In this document: positions 1 through 9,136 of the stretch, one piece after another
Position numbering within the stretch: the stretch's first letter is position 1
How the letters are laid out: each line of letters opens with the position of its first letter
IMG/VR virus record: IMGVR_UViG_3300027914_001343
Location: 85,167 to 149,166 of that record
Source: a virus
Lineage: Duplodnaviria; Caudoviricetes
Direction: 5' to 3' (one strand)
DNA length: 64,000 bases
Position numbers and translations under genes: made by a program
The notes under the pieces: model-generated
Told to the model about the DNA's origin: nothing
Databases searched by the model: none
What the model saw: only the letters and a program-made list of their open reading frames with translations

Positions 1-336
1 GGCCGAGCTGATCACGATGTTCAGGTTACCAGGCTTGAAACGTTGCAGGATCGCCTTATCGGCAGCGGCGATGTCAGTAAAGACGTCACGACGGATCTTG
101 CCGGCGCCTTCTTTTTCATCGCCAGTGTTGATGTCCTTGATCTGGTAGAAACGATCTTCCGGGATCACCTTGCGGTTACTGTCAGAGGTGTCGACAAAGC
201 AAACATCGATGCCTGCAAAGCCTGGATTGACAGTATTGCGGTATTTGTCGAGACGAGCACCGATGCTTGTACCAGCGCCCCCGCAGGCGTAGATACGAAC
301 AACGTTTTCGGATGTCCCATTGTTGCTTTCAATCAT
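1..336 (-). CDS. phuZ: PhuZ phage tubulin, N-terminal part (runs off the window edge)
   Basis: Manual translation from ATG 336: MIESNNGTSENVVRIYACGGAGTSIG...CFVDTSDSN...EGAGKIRR...PGNLNIVISSA. These are tubulin/FtsZ GTP-binding loops (GGAG, DTS, GAG), ending just before the expected GGSGS signature. AAGGA RBS upstream. Confidence 0.93.
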   Translation of the reverse strand, partial: MIESNNGTSENVVRIYACGGAGTSIGARLDKYRNTVNPGFAGIDVCFVDTSDSNRKVIPEDRFYQIKDINTGDEKEGAGKIRRDVFTDIAAADKAILQRFKPGNLNIVISSA

Positions 337-419
337 TTTGCTTTTCCTTGTTTATGTTGGTGTTGAAAAGATACTCACACACAAGATCTACAGTGCTGAG
401 TAAAATTTAACCGTTTGTT

Positions 420-800
420 TTACAGCTTGTTTAACCACGTTGGTGTTTTACCAAAGATATTCGTTGGTGCTGATTTCTTTTTAGGAATTTCCCCTCTACC
501 ATACAGAAGAAAGTTTCTATGTATGGAAATAAACCTAAGGGGTGTTTCATAGTCCAACATAGCTGGAACTAGGAAAGGGTGACGCTCACGAATATAAGTT
601 TCAGCATAATGCAAAATCTCATCTCGTGTCAGATTTAACTTCTTCTTTTGGTTTCCTTGTACAATGATTTCTTGTGCATTAAACCCAGCCAAAAGACTAA
701 GCATGACAAGAAATTCTTTTTCAAAAGACTTACTAAAGATTGCTCTTAATGTAGACCTCGTTGTTAAGCAATCAGCAGGACTTGGGCAACTTTCAAACAT
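420..800 (-). CDS. hypothetical protein
   Basis: 126-aa ORF with AAGGAG RBS; fills the gap upstream of phuZ. Confidence 0.65.
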   Translation of the reverse strand: MFESCPSPADCLTTRSTLRAIFSKSFEKEFLVMLSLLAGFNAQEIIVQGNQKKKLNLTRDEILHYAETYIRERHPFLVPAMLDYETPLRFISIHRNFLLYGRGEIPKKKSAPTNIFGKTPTWLNKL

Positions 801-932
801 TTTTTTCTCCTTTAGAAGGATAGAAACTTTTTAATCTATAAGTTTACTCCTAACAATAAAAAAATTACTCAGATAAACTCAAGAAGATGATATGTGACTG
901 AATGTTTTTTGACTATCTCTTAGGAGGTCTTT

Positions 933-1736
933 ATGGGACCGATCGATCGAGCCATAACTGAACTCCGTTTCAGGATTCCACCAAGAGTACTTGATGCGGT
1001 GTTTGTTCGGAAACAAGTAAGGTGGCGTGCTGTTCCGCAAAGTTTTGAGCAATCTGTGCTCGAAGCTGTCGTACGTCCGCGCGTTCTTGTTGATTGCAAT
1101 CTTGTAGGTGGTACGCATGCGACTATTTCTTTGGAAGGTCTTGCGTGTGACACAATTGACATAGGTACTTATGTGTATCGTATCCCTAAGGATCGTACAC
1201 AAGGGCGTTCTATTATCAGTGTCCTCAACCTCAGCTTTGCTTCACCAATGAACCCACTTGCGTACGGTGGCGTGCAATACGGTAATATTTCTACGGCGCT
1301 TACAGCTGGTCAGGCAGTTATGGATGTTCATGCTGCTGCGCCATATACCTCTACGGCACGTTGTAATCTTATTGGTGAAAACGTTGTTTTGATTCGTGAT
1401 GCTGCTCAACCAACTGCACTTTCTTGCTTGCGTGTTATTCTCGGAAATGATGAGAATCTCTCGCACATCAAGATGCGCTCCTACCGGCATTTCAGTAAGC
1501 TTGTAGAACTCGCTGTGAAGTCTTATATCTACAACGAGTACATACTTGAAATGGATATGGCAGAATTGGTTGGCGGTCAGGCGCTTGGGCGATTCAAAGA
1601 AGTAATTGATGGTTATGCTGATTCGGAAGAACTCTATCAAGAGTACATCAATACCACTTGGACTAAAGTGGCGTTCATGAATGATGATGAGTCATACGGT
1701 CGTTTCATCAACACAATCATTGGTGGTTATCGTTAA
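933..1736 (+). CDS. conserved phiKZ-like protein, probably virion (gp42/gp62-like family)
   Basis: 267 aa, AGGAGG RBS; N-terminus 'PIDRAITELRFRIPPRVL' resembles a conserved phiKZ-like family found near phuZ (recalled). Confidence 0.65.
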   Translation: MGPIDRAITELRFRIPPRVLDAVFVRKQVRWRAVPQSFEQSVLEAVVRPRVLVDCNLVGGTHATISLEGLACDTIDIGTYVYRIPKDRTQGRSIISVLNLSFASPMNPLAYGGVQYGNISTALTAGQAVMDVHAAAPYTSTARCNLIGENVVLIRDAAQPTALSCLRVILGNDENLSHIKMRSYRHFSKLVELAVKSYIYNEYILEMDMAELVGGQALGRFKEVIDGYADSEELYQEYINTTWTKVAFMNDDESYGRFINTIIGGYR

Positions 1737-1743
1737 ACCGCGT

Positions 1744-1775
1744 CATATTGGCCAGGCTTGTGCCTGGCCTTTATG
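1744..1775. terminator. two-sided CATA-hairpin-TATG element
   Basis: CATA tt GGCCAGGC ttgt GCCTGGCC tt TATG between convergent genes. Confidence 0.8.
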
Positions 1776-1779
1776 CTGC

Positions 1780-2352
1780 TTAGCGTTTTCTTTCTGGCGG
1801 AAACTTAACAGCCAGTCGCATCGCACAATTCGCGTCTACGCATTTGAAACAGAAAACAACGCCATCCTTAGTAGAATCATAACTGACTGCGAATGGTTTT
1901 GTATTATAGTCAAGCGAAGACACAAACTTAATTAATTCGTTGACTACCAGCTCGAAGGGTAGTTCACCACCTTCGATTCTGTTAAAGAAAGATTCGTTAT
2001 AAGCCTTTACTTTAAGCGCATCGAGACGCTTAATGAGGTCAGTGTAAGTAATGACATTCGACAAGATGATGCTATCACTAATCTGAGCATCAACCACTGC
2101 TTCTCTTCCGAATGACAAACCGTATTGTTCAACGATGTCACGACGGCTGCCGTGTATCGTATCGCCATCTACGCAGATGTTTAAGCTAGTATTAAGCGCA
2201 TGAATTGCTTTTATCATGTCTCGCAACCTCTTAACCATCTCGAGTGCCCTAAAGTTCCTATATTGATCAACCGTCTCAATTAAGAGCTGTAACTTACCGG
2301 AAGTAAGCTCGGTATCCCTGAAAAATAAACTCATTAAAAACTTCTGCTTCAT
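1780..2352 (-). CDS. hypothetical protein (start uncertain, 2352 or 2397)
   Basis: Long ORF that ends at the convergent hairpin; no motif recognised. Confidence 0.6.
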   Translation of the reverse strand: MKQKFLMSLFFRDTELTSGKLQLLIETVDQYRNFRALEMVKRLRDMIKAIHALNTSLNICVDGDTIHGSRRDIVEQYGLSFGREAVVDAQISDSIILSNVITYTDLIKRLDALKVKAYNESFFNRIEGGELPFELVVNELIKFVSSLDYNTKPFAVSYDSTKDGVVFCFKCVDANCAMRLAVKFPPERKR

Positions 2353-2397
2353 TTGGAAAGTCCGTTGTATGGTTGTTTGTGTTCTGAATACAGACAA

Positions 2398-2844
2398 TCA
2401 CAACAAAGACATAAAAAAGAAAATTTTCTAAAAAATAAAAAAATATTTTTATATCAGTGTTATGATTAAGGAGTATTTTCCTAGTATCTATTAAAGGGGG
2501 CCCCCTCCGGGCCCCCTCCCTAGATAGAGTTCTAGGTTCAGTTCGTCACGCCCCCGCGTTCCTCACAGGTTTTAGTTGCATACGATAAGTATGCTAGTAA
2601 AAAAATATTTTTGAAGTAATGTTTTAGAACGAACTATGGGGCCTTTACGGGCCCCTTATAGTGAGAAGAGTGTATAAAACCTATAAAGTAAGGGAATAAT
2701 AGAGGCAGGCTTTTACGGCCTGCCAATAATCTACTTTATGTAAGAAAAAAATAAAAGAGAAAATATTCCATAGTTTAACGGGACCGGTCGGCGCAGCTGC
2801 CGGGCTGATACTATGAGACTTTGAATAACCGCAAGGAGATCAAC
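2398..2844. other. AT-rich non-coding block with multiple nested hairpins (candidate ori, pac site or ncRNA)
   Basis: No ORF. Hairpins GGGGGCCC/GGGCCCCC, GCATAC/GTATGC, GGGGCC/GGCCCC and GGCAGGC/GCCTGCC with outer complementary arms. Confidence 0.5.
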
Positions 2845-3339
2845 ATGCGTAGACTGTTAAGCCGATCCCTCGAGGATCGCAGTGAAGGCGGTAGTAGCCG
2901 TGTTGCTATCGATGACAAGACAGTGGTGCTGAAAGGCCCGTTGTCCGACGCTTACACAAAAGCACTAGACATTGCTTTTGCTAAGAATGAAGAAGGTGTA
3001 GCAACTGAGAACTTTGATCAACAAGAAGCCGCTCAAGAACTGGCAAAAGTAATCTACGCTACTGCCAATGATGCCGACGCCACCAATGAGATCACAGTGT
3101 TTGCATCTGATACAGAAACACTGTCTCCAGATGACGTTGTTGATATCACAATGGACCTTGTCAACGCTGATAAGACTGATGTTGCTAGCGACTACGTTAT
3201 TATTATTGATGACGTAATTGAAACAGGTGCTTCTGGCGCAACTGGTTCTGTTGGGACCAATGTGGAAAGCAGAAATGTTGCAGCAGTTGAAGCTTTGGCA
3301 AGTAAGTTTAATGCCAAATTTATCCGTCGTTCCAAGTAA
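2845..3339 (+). CDS. putative head/virion protein
   Basis: ATG 2845 after AAGGAG; acidic; SLE and ATE motifs typical of prohead-protease substrates. Confidence 0.6.
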   Translation: MRRLLSRSLEDRSEGGSSRVAIDDKTVVLKGPLSDAYTKALDIAFAKNEEGVATENFDQQEAAQELAKVIYATANDADATNEITVFASDTETLSPDDVVDITMDLVNADKTDVASDYVIIIDDVIETGASGATGSVGTNVESRNVAAVEALASKFNAKFIRRSK

Positions 3340-3345
3340 ACATTT

Positions 3346-3372
3346 TGGCTAGGTAAAGTCCTAGCCATTATG
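3346..3372 (+). terminator. hairpin-TATG element
   Basis: TGGCTAGG taaagt CCTAGCCA t TATG(CC) just after the stop at 3339. Confidence 0.7.
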
Positions 3373-3413
3373 CCGCCACATTTTGTGTATAAATACAGTT
3401 AGAGGATCTAGCG

Positions 3414-4649
3414 ATGGGTAAGTCCATTAAAGGGGTCTTTGAGTCCGAATGTTCAGATTTCGTCGCTGATGCTTCGTTCGCAAAGAGGCTTCGGCTTTAC
3501 GTTGTAGGTTTTACTAATAAGAACCAAGACCATATTGCGTTCTTCGGAGGTAACCTGCTTGGCGTACAGGTAGTGAGGTTTACTGATCACGATCGTGATA
3601 CATTCTTTAACGAGATTGTAGAGGTAGATGACGGTCCTCTTGAGGATCGCCTACTCGACCTTCCGACCGTGAATGAGAACTTCAGCGTTTCTAGCGACAC
3701 CATGAACCTTACGTGTGCGTGGTTGCTGAACAAAATTTACGAAAGCAAGGTTCTTACTAAAGAGGCACAACACCAAGCAATGATTGATATTGCCTTGGTC
3801 TTGCAATTCAAGTTTTTGACAAGCCGTCTGTATCGACACTTCAGATACCCAGCAGAAAAAAGTGTGGCTGAAGCCACCTATGCTGAGCTGTCCAATAAGT
3901 ACGATATCAAACGTTACGGTAACTGGCTGGCGCTGTTTATTGCCAGAGCCGAAGCACTTATTTCGTCGGACAGTATCCACTATCGCGCTATCACGAAAAT
4001 GGATGATGATGGAGACGTTATTTACTTGTTGAACGATACTCAAGGTCGTATCCGAGACATGTTGAAAAACATTTACGATGTTTTCCTGCGCGTCCATCAT
4101 CAAGGAAGCAGGATTGTTTCAGAAGCAGCCGTTATTGACCATGATGGCGAACAAATTCTGAAAGACAAGACTCGTAGCCTTCCTCAGTACGAACGTTACA
4201 TCAACAGTATCGTAACGGATAAGAATTCTTTTATCCGCGAAGAATTGACAAAGATTATTGAGAAATTAGTACATACACTGCCGCCTCGGCTGTTCAGACA
4301 TTCGTTGGAATGGATGTCCGATAACTATCGGCAACGCGGCGCAACAGAAGTAGAAGAAGTGCTTGGTGCGACTCTCGTACATGCGTTTGAGTATTTTTCT
4401 GACAACCGCACGTTCGTTAAGAACACCAAAAACCTTCCAGAACTTCTTGGGAGACTCAAGGGAGTCTACATGAGTTCTCGTTCAACAGATCCATCGTTGC
4501 TTGAACTTCGTGAAAAAGTAGAGAAGATTGTGAAAACAGCAACAGGAAACAAAAACCCTAGCACAATTGCGGCAGTTAGAACAGGCGTGCTGTTGTATGT
4601 GGTTTTGCGTTCCATCACCATGCATCATTACGCTTCTATTGCCGCTTAA
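3414..4649 (+). CDS. conserved phiKZ-like virion protein (gp32-like)
   Basis: 411 aa, GAGG RBS, 'HIAFFGGNLLGV' block; located next to the terminase cluster. Confidence 0.7.
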   Translation: MGKSIKGVFESECSDFVADASFAKRLRLYVVGFTNKNQDHIAFFGGNLLGVQVVRFTDHDRDTFFNEIVEVDDGPLEDRLLDLPTVNENFSVSSDTMNLTCAWLLNKIYESKVLTKEAQHQAMIDIALVLQFKFLTSRLYRHFRYPAEKSVAEATYAELSNKYDIKRYGNWLALFIARAEALISSDSIHYRAITKMDDDGDVIYLLNDTQGRIRDMLKNIYDVFLRVHHQGSRIVSEAAVIDHDGEQILKDKTRSLPQYERYINSIVTDKNSFIREELTKIIEKLVHTLPPRLFRHSLEWMSDNYRQRGATEVEEVLGATLVHAFEYFSDNRTFVKNTKNLPELLGRLKGVYMSSRSTDPSLLELREKVEKIVKTATGNKNPSTIAAVRTGVLLYVVLRSITMHHYASIAA

Positions 4650-4666
4650 CAAAGTGGTTAATAAAA

Positions 4667-5062
4667 ATGCTTGGACTTTTAAAACGATTTCTATCGTTTG
4701 GGTATTCTCGTTTAGAAAACTTGAAGGGTAAAAGGGTTTTCGAAAAGCAACACAGTCTGAGTGTTAGTAATAGCGTCAAAGTGATTTCGGTAGACGAAAC
4801 GAGTGTCACAATCTTTGTCACTAGGACGGATTGGTTTTATCGGTACTCGTTGTGGTTACTACCTAAGAAAAAATTCTCAACGTTTAAGGTCTCTTCGTTT
4901 GCAAGTCACAACGCAAGCCAAAGACTTATTGATGTGTGTGAATTGGAAATCACTATCCCTGCACTTCTACCATGGTTTTTTAGTGATGAAATGCAGGCAG
5001 ACGCTGTTGTGATGGCGTACGTAGACGTGTTGTTTGAGCGAATGAAGAAAGCCGGTCTTTAA
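4667..5062 (+). CDS. hypothetical protein
   Basis: 131-aa ORF ending at the convergent hairpin. Confidence 0.6.
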   Translation: MLGLLKRFLSFGYSRLENLKGKRVFEKQHSLSVSNSVKVISVDETSVTIFVTRTDWFYRYSLWLLPKKKFSTFKVSSFASHNASQRLIDVCELEITIPALLPWFFSDEMQADAVVMAYVDVLFERMKKAGL

Positions 5063-5069
5063 TAGGCAG

Positions 5070-5101
5070 CATATCGGCCAGGCGAAAGCCTGGCCTTTAT
5101 G
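5070..5101. terminator. two-sided CATA-hairpin-TATG element
   Basis: CATA tc GGCCAGGC gaaa GCCTGGCC tt TATG. Confidence 0.8.
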
Positions 5102-5103
5102 CC

Positions 5104-7338
5104 TTACCCGTACGTACGACGATCACTAAAGAGACCTTCACTAAACGAAATACGTTCCACTGCATGTCTAGGCGCAGTAAGACTTACTTCGTTATTCCCC
5201 CACTGGCGCTCGTAAGCGTCGTAGTTTCTACCACGACCACGACGTGCCTCAGATGCTTTTCTAATAAGCTCATCGACACTGAACATTTCTCCATCCTCAA
5301 GAATAATTTTCCTTTCAAGAGAACGAAGCTCGTGTTCAATTCGAGCACAGAGGAAAGTATCACGTTCGCCAATCAGTTCCTTCTGAAGATCTTCAATACG
5401 TTCACGAAGATATTTCTGCTCAGCAGCTATTTCAAGTTCTTCGTAACTAAGTTCCTTTTGTGTTCGAATAGCTGAACCAATTTTGGTAATATCAATACCA
5501 TAGAAGGACAGATTCTTACCTTGAGTAAGGAACCAATGTGTAAGCAACCAAGCGATCACCATATCGTCGTGTTCACCAACCTCATGGTCAATACGACCGT
5601 TTCTGATAACAAGGCCAAGGATCTGATCTACAAGTGTCTTATCCTTTACCTTAGTACCAGCACGTTTCATAGCTGCCATCAAAACGCTCGAATACAATTC
5701 GCCGCGACTGTAACTACCAGAACCAGATGTAGCAAAACCAAAAGTCTTCTTGTAACGAACGTAGATGTCTGTAGGACGACGATTCATCGGTTGCTTGATT
5801 TCACGATAACGTTCCGGGAATTCATCGTATTCATTCACAACGCGATTGAACAGACGCTTGAACGGATCAATCCCGTAGCTAGGAAGCATGAGCAAGAGAT
5901 AGTCAAGCAACATACCACCAGTAGAACGACGTTCAATAATGCCAGTTACGTTTTCGAAACGAACAAGTAACGAGCAGACCCATTTAGCGAGCACGATAAG
6001 GTTAGTTTCGTTATACGTACCAGCGCCAATAGTTTCTAGTGTCTCGACATCAGTAATCAGAAGCGAGATATCGTCACCGCCAGACGCTTCACTAGTATCC
6101 ATTGTCATCAAGTATTTACCATTAGCCATCCGTTCTTCAACTTCATCTTCCGGAATATACCAGCGAATAACGTAACCATCAGGTTTGCTGAACTCATTAA
6201 AGAGAATACTCTCTACACTCGCCGCAACCATGTCAGCCATATGTGCAGGAAACGGACTCTTCTCAGTACCGGATGTCCAAATGTTGAAATAATCTCGGTT
6301 AGCGTCCTCACCAGTCTGGAGAGATTCTTCAAGTTTACGAGCAAGCCATTCGTCAGTCTTACCTAGTTGACGATGGTTAAACGTACCGTTAATCATCAGC
6401 TTCTTGGCACGAGATGCACCACGAACACGCTTAGCGAGCTCTTCAGCATTCTTGGAATCAAGAAACGCCTCATCCCAAACAGCAGCATCAGAAACAAGTC
6501 CATAAACGAACTTGCCGTCCTTGTCGTCCTTCTTACCAGCGGTAGTAGTAAGGATAACACCATACGGGGATTTGTTCTTAATAGCTGCTTCAATAGCAGC
6601 ACCAGTAGCCGCCAAAGCAGCAGGAAGAGCAATAGCGATATTTGGCTGGAATGGTGCTTCGTCAATATGCATGATTGGACTAGTCAGACCGCGACCAAGC
6701 AGCAGAGCACGCTTCGGGGACATTTGCGGTACGTGAGTCTTGTACGTGTTCTTGAACGTGTTGACGGTAATTTCTTCACCGTTATTCGCATCATCATGTC
6801 GCCTAAACTGCAAATAGAACGGAAGTTCTTCAGCGATGTCTTTAAGACGCTGGATGTTGGCACGCCGAAGCGTATCGTCCTTAGTCAAAAGGTTGATTTG
6901 TGTGGACTGACAGAGAACATTCATCAGCAACCGCATCAACACGTCAGTACTGAAAGACTTACCAGTCTGACGAGGTTGAATCAGAATAAAGAAAATGTGA
7001 TTAAAGAAAGACCAGTACAGTGCGATGTTGGCACGATTAGCCTCCATCATTACTGGGTCAGTACCAGCAAGTGCCGGCGCTCTAGCAATCTCTCGGAAGA
7101 AATACCAGGGGTTGATTTTGCACTCAACAGAGATGGCAGTGATTTGTTCTTCAGTGAGGTCCGGATCGTAAGGATCTACGCCTTGGAGAGACGGGTTAAT
7201 AAGCGCCAAAAGAAATGCGTGGTTTTTGATACCCATTGACTTGTAAACAGCAGCTAAGCGAACAAAGCTTTTGTTTTTAGTATTGATATCGATTATTGCG
7301 GACGGGTATTTTGCCCAATCCTCTTCGAATAAGATCAT
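5104..7338 (-). CDS. terL: terminase large subunit (phiKZ gp25-like)
   Basis: Walker A QPRQTGKS, Walker B HIDE, nuclease motifs DTSEASGGD and HDDMVIAW; ATG 7338 with GGAGG RBS. Confidence 0.95.
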   Translation of the reverse strand: MILFEEDWAKYPSAIIDINTKNKSFVRLAAVYKSMGIKNHAFLLALINPSLQGVDPYDPDLTEEQITAISVECKINPWYFFREIARAPALAGTDPVMMEANRANIALYWSFFNHIFFILIQPRQTGKSFSTDVLMRLLMNVLCQSTQINLLTKDDTLRRANIQRLKDIAEELPFYLQFRRHDDANNGEEITVNTFKNTYKTHVPQMSPKRALLLGRGLTSPIMHIDEAPFQPNIAIALPAALAATGAAIEAAIKNKSPYGVILTTTAGKKDDKDGKFVYGLVSDAAVWDEAFLDSKNAEELAKRVRGASRAKKLMINGTFNHRQLGKTDEWLARKLEESLQTGEDANRDYFNIWTSGTEKSPFPAHMADMVAASVESILFNEFSKPDGYVIRWYIPEDEVEERMANGKYLMTMDTSEASGGDDISLLITDVETLETIGAGTYNETNLIVLAKWVCSLLVRFENVTGIIERRSTGGMLLDYLLLMLPSYGIDPFKRLFNRVVNEYDEFPERYREIKQPMNRRPTDIYVRYKKTFGFATSGSGSYSRGELYSSVLMAAMKRAGTKVKDKTLVDQILGLVIRNGRIDHEVGEHDDMVIAWLLTHWFLTQGKNLSFYGIDITKIGSAIRTQKELSYEELEIAAEQKYLRERIEDLQKELIGERDTFLCARIEHELRSLERKIILEDGEMFSVDELIRKASEARRGRGRNYDAYERQWGNNEVSLTAPRHAVERISFSEGLFSDRRTYG

Positions 7339-7399
7339 AAGTGCCTCCAATGACCGAAATAAAAATATATAGTCATAGAGTGTATGTTTTTTACAACAG

Positions 7400-7429
7400 C
7401 ATAGTGGCTGGGTTTTACCCCAGCCACTA
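7400..7429 (-). terminator. hairpin-TATG element
   Basis: Minus strand: TAGTGGCTGGG...CCCAGCCAC TATGC after the stop at 7436. Confidence 0.7.
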
Positions 7430-7435
7430 GTAGGA

Positions 7436-9133
7436 TTACAACGGCGGCATTTCGAGAGCCTCCCAAACATTCATACCCGCCACAGAAAGAATCAAATCTG
7501 TTTCGGTAGTACGTTTGAAGAACTTAATGAAAACAGAATCGGTATTAGCCAATGCCACGTTTTCGATGGTCAGATCTTGATTCCACTGACTGATGTGGAA
7601 CTCAAATTCGTTACTGCCAATGATAATAGAAAACATGTTTGGAACAGGTGCTTCTGTTTCATAGTCAGTATCGAAGAGTGGTTTAGTGCGATACATCACT
7701 TTGTCAAGCCATGCCTCAAACACAGTCTCATTTTGACTGATATTGAGATACTTGAGGTTAGCATTAACGAAAGTCATTAATGCAAATGTATCGCGTCCGT
7801 ATTGCGGGTTCTGATTACTTTCGAAGCCAACACCCCAATTACTACCTGACTGATCGTCAGCTGGACGAAGCAACATGATTTCCAGCGTTTGCGTATGAAC
7901 GTACTTCTTGTAAATACCGTTCACGTCATTCAGATCAATAGACACAGACACCTTTTGGTTTGCGCCGTAATTGATAGGATTGAAAGCCGCCGTATTTTCA
8001 TTGAACTTGACATACGGAGTAGCACGATAGAAAACATTACGATCGAGATTAAGCAGGAACCATTCCAGACGATAACCATTCACGGCGTCGATCCAGACCG
8101 GATACCCAAAGAGCTTGACACTGTAAGCGCCATCTGCTTTCTGTGTAATTGCTTGATACGACTTAGTGATGAACTTCTCGTTGGTGACGGTAGCACCATA
8201 GACGATTTCATTATCAGCCAAGTTGTACTTGAGAACAAGCGGCGTCTTCTGACCGACGATAGTGGAAACATAGTTGTCGAGACCAAAGATCTGGAACTTG
8301 CTGCCGTCTACCGGATACCGTTTCTTGGTGCCATCGCTATAATGTACAACGCCATACAGACTGAACGATGATTTCGGAACGTTGATCGGGTACTGAATGA
8401 GTTGCTGGTTCGATTCAGACAGGAAAGGTGTTTCGAGTGTGATGTCCTTGATGTACTTCTCGCTTGCGTCAGCAGCGCGAATAAAGGACGTTTCCTTCAC
8501 AATCACCTGTGTGATGCTTACAGGTGCGCCAGTGTCAGAATAGAAGATAACTTCCAACACTTCGCCATCGACCAAATCCTGCGCGGTATTACAAACCTTG
8601 ACAACCTTCACCAGATCGGCTTCATCAGCAGAAACTTTTTCCAATGGCACGTTCTGACCAATGAGAACACCATTGGAATCATAGAACGCGCTTACAACAG
8701 TCCCAGTGCCGGCGATCGTGCTTTCGCGGAAGATCTTGGCAAACGAACAGAGATTACCAGAAACAGTCAGGCGAGCATCGATAGCGAGTGTATTCGGGAT
8801 AACACTCTTATCGACATAGGCGCGGAAAGTAGTTGCTGGGGTTGCTGTAGCTGGACCAATAAGGCGGTCGTACTTCGACAACGTATCTGTTTTCACAGCA
8901 CCAGTAATTTCTTCGAGTACAGGAATCAAAGTGGTGATGTCAATCGAAGTAACCTTGAACCACTGTTGCGTGTCAGTATCGACCACGTAATCGCGCACCT
9001 TAGGCACGTACTTACCACTACCAATTCCGCCGAGAAAGATCTCGAACATGGCCCAAATGTGCCATACCCCATCGGGTTCATAGTTGGGGACGATACCGTC
9101 GGTCCCCGCTACCAAAGACAGAGTGTCAGCCAT
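7436..9133 (-). CDS. virion structural protein, probably baseplate (gp26-like)
   Basis: 565 aa, beta-rich; synteny between terL and sheath as in phiKZ. Confidence 0.75.
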   Translation of the reverse strand: MADTLSLVAGTDGIVPNYEPDGVWHIWAMFEIFLGGIGSGKYVPKVRDYVVDTDTQQWFKVTSIDITTLIPVLEEITGAVKTDTLSKYDRLIGPATATPATTFRAYVDKSVIPNTLAIDARLTVSGNLCSFAKIFRESTIAGTGTVVSAFYDSNGVLIGQNVPLEKVSADEADLVKVVKVCNTAQDLVDGEVLEVIFYSDTGAPVSITQVIVKETSFIRAADASEKYIKDITLETPFLSESNQQLIQYPINVPKSSFSLYGVVHYSDGTKKRYPVDGSKFQIFGLDNYVSTIVGQKTPLVLKYNLADNEIVYGATVTNEKFITKSYQAITQKADGAYSVKLFGYPVWIDAVNGYRLEWFLLNLDRNVFYRATPYVKFNENTAAFNPINYGANQKVSVSIDLNDVNGIYKKYVHTQTLEIMLLRPADDQSGSNWGVGFESNQNPQYGRDTFALMTFVNANLKYLNISQNETVFEAWLDKVMYRTKPLFDTDYETEAPVPNMFSIIIGSNEFEFHISQWNQDLTIENVALANTDSVFIKFFKRTTETDLILSVAGMNVWEALEMPPL

Positions 9134-9136
9134 TGG

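Noticed and set aside
43-366. 107-aa plus-strand ORF
   Set aside because: Antisense shadow of phuZ, which has clear motifs and an RBS.
857-870. Individual middle (AAAxxTTAC-like) and late (TATG) promoters, e.g. 857-870, 51701-51710, 2812, 30762
   Set aside because: Plausible, but the motifs are too short in AT-rich DNA to call site by site without TSS data.
2398-2844. tRNA in the structured intergenic block
   Set aside because: No cloverleaf with a T-loop stem and acceptor arm could be built by eye; tRNAscan/ARAGORN would settle it.
7339-7470. Upstream extensions of ORF-track starts (terL, 11761, 22902, 37946, 42104, 49956, 63239)
   Set aside because: They run through hairpins or neighbouring genes; internal ATGs with better RBS or packing were chosen.
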